From assembly GCF_009914755.1 (NCBI RefSeq), contig NC_060929.1: 64,000 nucleotides of DNA, one strand, 5' to 3'. Source of the stretch: the human T2T-CHM13v2.0 reference genome, Homo sapiens. Position 1 is the stretch's first letter; each line of letters begins with the position of its first letter. Made by a program: the position numbers and the translations under genes. This document shows positions 57,000 to 64,000 of this stretch, piece by piece. The notes below the pieces were generated by a model. That model was given only the letters and a program-made list of their open reading frames with translations. It did not search any database and had not been told where the DNA came from.

Positions 57000-57660
57000 T
57001 TACCTCCATTTCCCTTCTTAAAACACTTGAATGGGGCTACTGCTGTCTCCAAAGCACTGGTCCAATGCTTGTCAAGATTATCTGTTCACATTGAAAGTCA
57101 ACTGCTTCTTTTCAGATCTTAGCTTAATTGGCTTTCTCTGTCATTTAGTACTTCTGAATGTGTCCATCTTCTAGAGGTACTTTCTTCCTGAGGCTTCATG
57201 ACATCATCCTCTTAGTGTTGCCCTACCTGTCTGTCCACTATTTCTCAGTCTTCTTCACAGAAAAATCAGTCTGAGCCTAGCTTATTAATGTTCACTTTTA
57301 GATTTCTAGGTCAGGCCCTCTTCTTTTATTTTTTATTATGCAAGTACTCCTAGGAAGATTTTAGCCACTATTCCTATTTTAATTACCTACTATATGTGAA
57401 CAACTCCTAAGTTTTATCTTCAGCACATATTTCTCTCTACTAAACCTCATGCTCCTATTTAACTATATAAGAAACATCCATTTGGTAATTCGAGTTTAAT
57501 GTCAAACTGAGTTCTTCACCTGCTTCAATCAACTCCTAAGAGCCTCCTCCTCTCCATGATTAGAACGTCCACGCATTCTGCCAGCCAAGCCAGAATCCCC
57601 ATAAATCCTTTGCTCCTTCCTTTACATAAATACCTCTAGCCAATCAACCATCAAGTTTCA
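57000..57660 (+). mobile_element. L2 fragment
   Basis: Pyrimidine-rich with ggcttcatgacatcatcctct, ggccctcttctttt and caagccagaatc motifs. Confidence 0.6.
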
Positions 57661-57774
57661 ATGAGAAGGAAAAAGAGATTGGGTGCTAGGCTAATCCTTA
57701 CCTAGTACTTCACAGCCCCCATACTCCACACTTAACCTTCACATTACATGAAAATTATATCTGGACGACCTAAA

Positions 57775-58283
57775 AGGTAGGCAGAATAATGGGTTCTGCA
57801 AAGATGTCCTAATCCTCAGAACATGTGAATATATTATATTACATGGCATGAGGGAAATAGGCTGTAGACAGAATGAAGGTTGCTAATTAGCCTTAAAATG
57901 GCGAGAGTATTTTGTGTTATTTGGGTGAGCCCAATGTAATTACAAGGGTTCTTAAAGGTAGAAGTGAGGGGTAGAAGAAGAGTCAATATCAGAGTAATAT
58001 AAATTTGATAAAGACTAACCCAGCTCTTGCTGGCTTTGAAACTATAAGAGGCTATGAGTCAAGAAATAAGGGAGGCCTCTAGGAACTGGAAAAGTCAAGA
58101 AAATATATTCTCCCCTAGAGTCTCCAAAAGGGAACACAGCTCTACCAGCACCTTCATTTTAGCCAATGAGATGCTTTTCAGACTTCTTACCTCCAGACTT
58201 GTAAGATAGCCTGCTATATTTGCATTGTTTTAAGCCACTAAAATTATGTCCATTTCTTAGAGCAGCAATAGGAAATTAATACA
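57775..58283 (+). mobile_element. MLT1D LTR
   Basis: ggtaggcagaataatgg...gttttaagccactaa...gcagcaataggaaattaataca. Confidence 0.88.
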
Positions 58284-58960
58284 TCTTATTTTTCATTGAG
58301 TCATTTTTTATTATTTATGTTAGACTAAATCTGACAGACTCTGAATGTTTGAAGTATATCATCTCACTCTTATCAAATAATCAAACCCAAGAGAAATTCC
58401 AAAATGCCTTTACAACAGGCAGGAGGTAAGAAGCAAAGCTGAACCAGACCACTAAACAAGACGCTACTCTTACATTCAATAACCTATTTACCCTGGTTAG
58501 ATTTTTTAAATTCCTGAAACTAAATTAAGGAACCCAAGTTCCCTTTAAAGAGAATTATCTTCTACAAGGTTTTGGAACCAGGTCATTGTCATTAAAAATT
58601 TACCTCTCATAACATTTTTGCTTCAATTTCTATCATTTCGGTTTAGGAAATACTAAAAGAGAACAAATAAATTGTTTAGGGAGAGAAAAAATACAGCTCG
58701 GAAACTAGATATACATAAAGAAAGGAAGAATGTGAGAGAAGGTATAAAAATAAGATTTTTTTCTTATTCTTAGTAGATCTAAAAGGTAAATATTGGCTTA
58801 AAGTGATAATAGTAACAATGCATTGAGTGATTATAGAATGTGAAAAAATAAAACAAATAAGATCGACGTCATTGAAAGGAAGAAGAAATTGGGAATACTA
58901 TGCTATAGGTATGAATGAAGTAGTGCAGGTGGACTTAGATAAATTAAAAATGTATATTGT

Positions 58961-59259
58961 GGGTATACATGGTGGCTCATACCTGTAATCCCAGCACTTT
59001 GGGAGTCCGAGGCAGGCAGATCACCTGAGATCAGGAGTGTAAGACCAGCCTGGCCAACATGGTGAAACCCCATCTCTACTAAAAATACAAAAATTAGCCA
59101 GGTATGATGGTGGATGCCTGTAATCCCAGCTACTCAGGAAGCTGAGGTCGGCGTATCACTTGAACCTGGGATGGGGAGGTTGCAGTGAGCCAAGATCATG
59201 CCACTGTACTCCAGCCTGGGCAACAGAGTGAGACTCTGACTCAAAAAAAAAAAAAAAAA
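58961..59259 (+). mobile_element. AluSx-type SINE
   Basis: Full dimer with an A tail. TSD aaaaatgtatattgt / aaaaaggatattgt. Confidence 0.92.
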
Positions 59260-60196
59260 GGATATTGTGAACTCTAGTACAATCACTATCAAATGTGAAA
59301 ATGAAGAAAAGGTGATATATTAAGGGAGGAGATAAAATAAACCAATACAAAAATGCTCAAATAAATAAAACCAGGAAAGGAATAAAAAGAAAAACTACCA
59401 GAAAAAAAAATGCAAAAATAGAAAGTAATTATACACATGGTAGGTATTAATTCAACTGTATCATTAATCACTTTAAATGTGAATTTTCTAAATACACCAA
59501 TTAAAAAGCAGAGATTGTCAGAGTAGATTAATAAAATAAGACCCAACTAAATGCTGGCTACAAGAAAACTAACTGTAAAAATCAGAGAAGTTCAAAGTAA
59601 AGAGGTGAAGATAGATGCAAAATACTAACATTTACATTAATAAAAAAAATCAGGAATATCTATTAATCTTAAAGCAGATTTCAGAACAAGTAAAATTATC
59701 AGGGAAAAAGAGAAGTATTCCATCATGATAAAGAGTTCAATTCTCTGTGAAAACATAATCATAAATGTATATATGAACCTACCTAACAAGAGCTCATCAA
59801 AATATGTGAAACAAAAATTGATAGAACTGCAACAGAAACAAACAAACCCACTATTATAGTTGGAGACTTTAAGACCCCTCTTTCAGAAATTGATACATTA
59901 GGCAGGCAGAAAATCAATAAGGATATAATTGACTCAAATAGCACTATCAATATACTTGCTGTAATCAACATTTATAGAATCCTGCATCCAAAAACAGCAG
60001 ACCAGATTTTTTCAAGGTCACATAGAATCTTCATCGAGATGTAAAACAATCTTGAGCATAAGACACACTTTAACAAATTAAAAAATAACAGGAATTATAT
60101 AAATTATATTCTCAGACTATAAAATAATTAAACTAGAAATGAGTAATGTAAAGATCATTAATCCCCAAATACTTGGATATTAAATAACACACTCCT

Positions 60197-60570
60197 TGAT
60201 ATGGTTTGGCTGTGTCCCAACCCAAATCTGTTCTTGAATTGTAGTTCCCATGATACCCATGCATCATGGGAGGCACCCATTGGGAGGTAGTTGAATCATG
60301 GGGCGGTTACCCTTATGCTGTTTTTGTGATAGTGAGTGAGTTCTGAGGAGATCTAATGGTTTTTTAAAGGGCTTTTCCCCCTTTGCTCAGCACTTCTCTC
60401 TCCTGCTGCCTTGTGAAGAAGGATGTGTTTGCTTCCCCTTCCACCATGATTGTAAGTTTCCTAAGGCCATTCCAGCCATGCTTAACTGTGAGTCAATTAA
60501 ACCTCTTTCCCCTATAAATTACCCAGACTTGGGCATGTCTTTATTAGCAATGTGAGAATGGACTAATACA
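60197..60570 (+). mobile_element. THE1D-like solo LTR
   Basis: TGATATGGTTTGGCTGTGTCCC...GGACTAATACA with a perfect TSD CTCCT at 60192-60196 and 60571-60575. Confidence 0.94.
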
Positions 60571-60646
60571 CTCCTATATAACACATGAGTTAATAAGAGA
60601 CTCAAGAGAAATTTAAAATATTTTGAATTAAATGAAAGTTATAACA

Positions 60647-61057
60647 TGCTAAATCAAGTTTAGCCTAAAGCTGCCTTCTTACACATTTTATGTTTGGTTT
60701 AAAGATTTACCCATATATAGTGAAATGAAGCCTAACTGAATGTGTAAACAGACTATAACCTACTCTGTGCCAATTACTCACTTTTGGACAATTAAAGGTG
60801 AGTGACCAACCGTTCAAACCATGTTGAAATAAAGCAAACACCAAGCTGTAACCAATTCATTTGTTTCTATACCTAACTTCCATTTTCTTTACATCACTTT
60901 TCTTTTTCTGTCCGTAAATCTTCTTCCACCATGCTGCTGTACTGGAGTCTCTGTGAGCCTAGTGTGGCTTTGGAGGCTTCCTGATGGTGAATCATTCTTT
61001 GCTCAGTTAAACTCTGTTAAAATTAATTTGTCTAAGTTTCTTTTTCTTTTTGTAACA
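60647..61057 (+). mobile_element. MER57-like ERV1 solo LTR
   Basis: tgctaaatcaagtttagcctaaagctgcc...gctcagttaaactctgttaaa...taaca. Confidence 0.8.
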
Positions 61058-62852
61058 AATAAAACATACCAAATCTTGTGGTATACAGTGAAAGCTATGC
61101 TCAGAGGAAAATGTATAGTATTAAATGCACATATTAAAAAAGAAAGTTCTAAAATCAATAATCTAAGCTACCACCTTAGAAAACTAGATAAGATCATTTC
61201 AAGCCTAAAGCAAGCAACATTTAAAAAATAAAAATTAGAGTGGAAATCAATGAAATTGAAAACAGGAAATTGAAAGAGAAAATCAATGAAATCAAAAGCG
61301 CTTATTTGAAAAGACCAGTGAAAGTGATAAACCTCTAGCCAGGCTAACCAAGAGAAAAAAAGAAAACATAAATTGCCAAAATCACAAATACAAGAGAAGT
61401 TGGCACAACTGATCCTATAAACATTAAGAGGATAATAAAAAGATTATTATGAAGGAGTCAATGTTCACAAATTTGATAACTTAGATAAAACAAACCAATT
61501 ATTTGAAAGGCACATCCACCAAAACTCATACAAGGAGAATTATCCTATGTATCTTAAGGAAATCAAATAAAAATTAATAACCTCCCAAATAAGAAAGCAC
61601 CAAGGCCAGATGGGATCACTGGTGATTTCATCATTTAAGGAGGCTGATGCAGGAGGATTACTTGAGCCCAGGAATTCGAGATCAGAAGGAAACAGAGAAA
61701 AAGAAGGAGATGGAGGAGTGGGAGGAGAAGAAAGAGAAGAAGGAAGGGGGGAGGGAGAGGCGGAACTGCAGACCAATATCTCTCATGAAAGTAGATACAA
61801 AATACAAAGTCCTCAATAAAATATTAGCCCATGAAATCCATATATATATATATTTTTTTTTTCCAAACTAGAGGGATTTATTTTAGGTAGACAAGACTGG
61901 TTCAACATTTGAAAACCAATTAATATAATCTACTACATCAACAAGCTAAAGAACAAAATTACATGCTCAATAATGTAGATAAAAACATTTGACAAAATCT
62001 AATATGTATTTATGATAAAACTGTCAACAAACTAGGACTAAAAAGATACTTGTTCAACTTTATAGAGAACATCTACGAAGTCTACACCTAACAACATACT
62101 TAGTAGTGAGAAACTGAGAGCTTTTTGCTAAGATTGGGAACAAGGCTAGGCTGTCCTGTCTTACCACTTTTATTCAGTATTGGGCTGGAAGTACTAGTTC
62201 GTGATAAAGACAAGGAAAGGGAATAAGAAGTATACAGATTGGGAAGGAAGAAAGACCTAAAACTGCTTTTATTTGCAGATGACATTTTCGTCTATGTAGA
62301 AAATCCCAAAGAATTGACAAAAAAGAAAGAAATCCTGAAATTAATCAAGAATAGCAATGTTTCAGGTTACAGGTTAATATACAAAAGTCAGTTGTTATTG
62401 TATTACTACAAGAGCAATGAAAAACTAGAATTTGAGTTTTTTAAAAAAATTACCATTTAAAATGGCACTCAAAAATAAATACTCAGGTACAAATCTAACG
62501 AACATGTATAAGATCTCTATACATACAAATGATAAAATTCTAATGAAAGAAATCAAATATCAAAATATGATAAATAAAATTTGCCTAGGAATCAGGGTCA
62601 AGATACCATATTCACTAAACTAGGCAGAACCTCAGTACGATGCTGAACATTTATCACAGGATGTGCTTGATATTTCTCTTTATTCAATTTTCCCACAACA
62701 TTTTCTACTCTTTTCCCACTGGTTAATATCTTTTCCTATCATTAATCTATTGAAATATAACTTTGAAATCACCGTTAATTTCAATATGTATATGCATGAA
62801 TGCACACATACAATGTATATGTGTGTACACATACTTATTTTTGCTTGAAGAC

Positions 62853-62900
62853 AATAGTGCATTTGATAAAATAGTGCATTTGATAAAAATAGTGCATTTT
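62853..62900. repeat. Tandem repeat of about 17 bp (AATAGTGCATTTGATAA) x2.7
   Basis: Read directly. Confidence 0.9.
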
Positions 62901-63892
62901 TTTCTCTAGAGTGACAAACCTGTATGTGCTAATTTTCTTGTTTGAAAACCTATATGCTCAGTAGCTATTAATATTATAGAAGTAATTAAATAACATTATT
63001 CTCCCTCTGTTTACAATACCTGTTTTATCAGTGGGATCTAACCATGATCAATGTACACCAAACCTATGATGAGATCAACAACTTATTAAATAAATGCTAA
63101 CATTATGCAAAACTGCCCCTTTTTTCCTCCTTTAGTAAAAATGGCTCCAGACAATTCTCATATATTATGAAGAAAACAAAAGGAACATTAAAAAAAATTA
63201 CCAGAACTTGATATGGTATATTATATTTTTAAAATCTAAGCTACACCCTCACTTTTTGGATGATAAAACTTATTTCTTACCCATTGCAAAAAAAGTAGCT
63301 TGGCCAACCTGATTGTGTCAATGGACAAAATAATACATGATGTATACTCCTAGTTTGGTGAACAAGCAAAATTCAGAAAGATGTCACAGACTCAAAAAAT
63401 AAGTTGAAATAAAATAGCCCCGAGATTTAAGAAACAGAGTGGTATAGGATTTACTATTCCAAAGGTCAAAAGGCATGTCTTGGACAGGAACTAGAGAATT
63501 ACATAAAGCATTAGTAACATTTTACATTTATTAAAATCTATTAATAGTAGCGTTTTTTTATATGAAGCATCAGTTTTCATGGAGCAGTAGAAAATGCTAC
63601 TGAGTTGGATGTCTTCATTTGTTTAGAACTCTAAATCAAAGGTTAGAAAATTGGAAAAGAGTGATTAGAAAAATAAAAATATTTGTCACATTCCATAAAT
63701 TTCGAAATAGAACTTTACTCTGACAGTCATTTATAACTGGATCACACACAGAAACTGTACACTTGGTAAGGAGTGATTGAAAAATTGTACAAAGTGCGTT
63801 ATTGGCTTCATGTCATTCTTTGAACAGCAGCAAGTAATGAACTCCTTTCTCAACAGAAAGAGGCCACTTGTATTCAAGGGCTAGTTACTTAC

Positions 63893-63931
63893 ATTCCTAA
63901 TCACTTATGTCATTTTTCACTTCACTGCTTC
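63893..63931 (-). other. Candidate 39-nt exon
   Basis: Minus strand ctcattttacttag | GAAGCAG...AGGAAT | gtaagt. Stops occur in the frames examined. Confidence 0.2.
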
Positions 63932-64000
63932 CTAAGTAAAATGAGTTGGGGACTGCAAAAAAGATAGAGTGATGTTTTCCATTGTTCAAGTTACAAGACA

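Larger units (their letters stand above)
58680..62570 (+). mobile_element. Old L1M (inter-ORF and ORF2) carrying nested insertions
   Basis: Endonuclease text (IIVGDF: attatagttggagacttt) and RT motif LLLFADD in the ORF at 62239. Confidence 0.9.

Overview
This window is AT-rich, repeat-dense primate genomic DNA, very probably human: it contains an element matching the AluYa5 consensus as I recall it, and that subfamily is essentially human-specific. Most of the window is transposable element relics: L1 of several ages, Alus, MIR, L2, solo LTRs (LTR12, LTR1, MLT2, MSTA, THE1D, MER57, MLT1), an ERVL relic with an integrase motif, and hAT DNA transposons (Zaphod, MER102, MER5, MER58, MER1B). I can support no intact protein-coding gene, RNA gene or CRISPR array, and nearly all listed ORFs are repeat translations or chance. 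The most notable observations are: (1) a very young AluYa5 inserted tail-to-tail into the (TA)n tail of an older Alu; (2) several short minus-strand exon-like segments that join in frame, which is speculative because decoy splice sites are common; (3) two insertions flanked by unusually long 41-44 bp direct repeats, one clearly copied from a local template; and (4) an intact LTR12 promoter. I found no convincing new biological system. Repeat subfamily names come from recalled consensus sequences, not a database search, and boundaries of old repeats are approximate.
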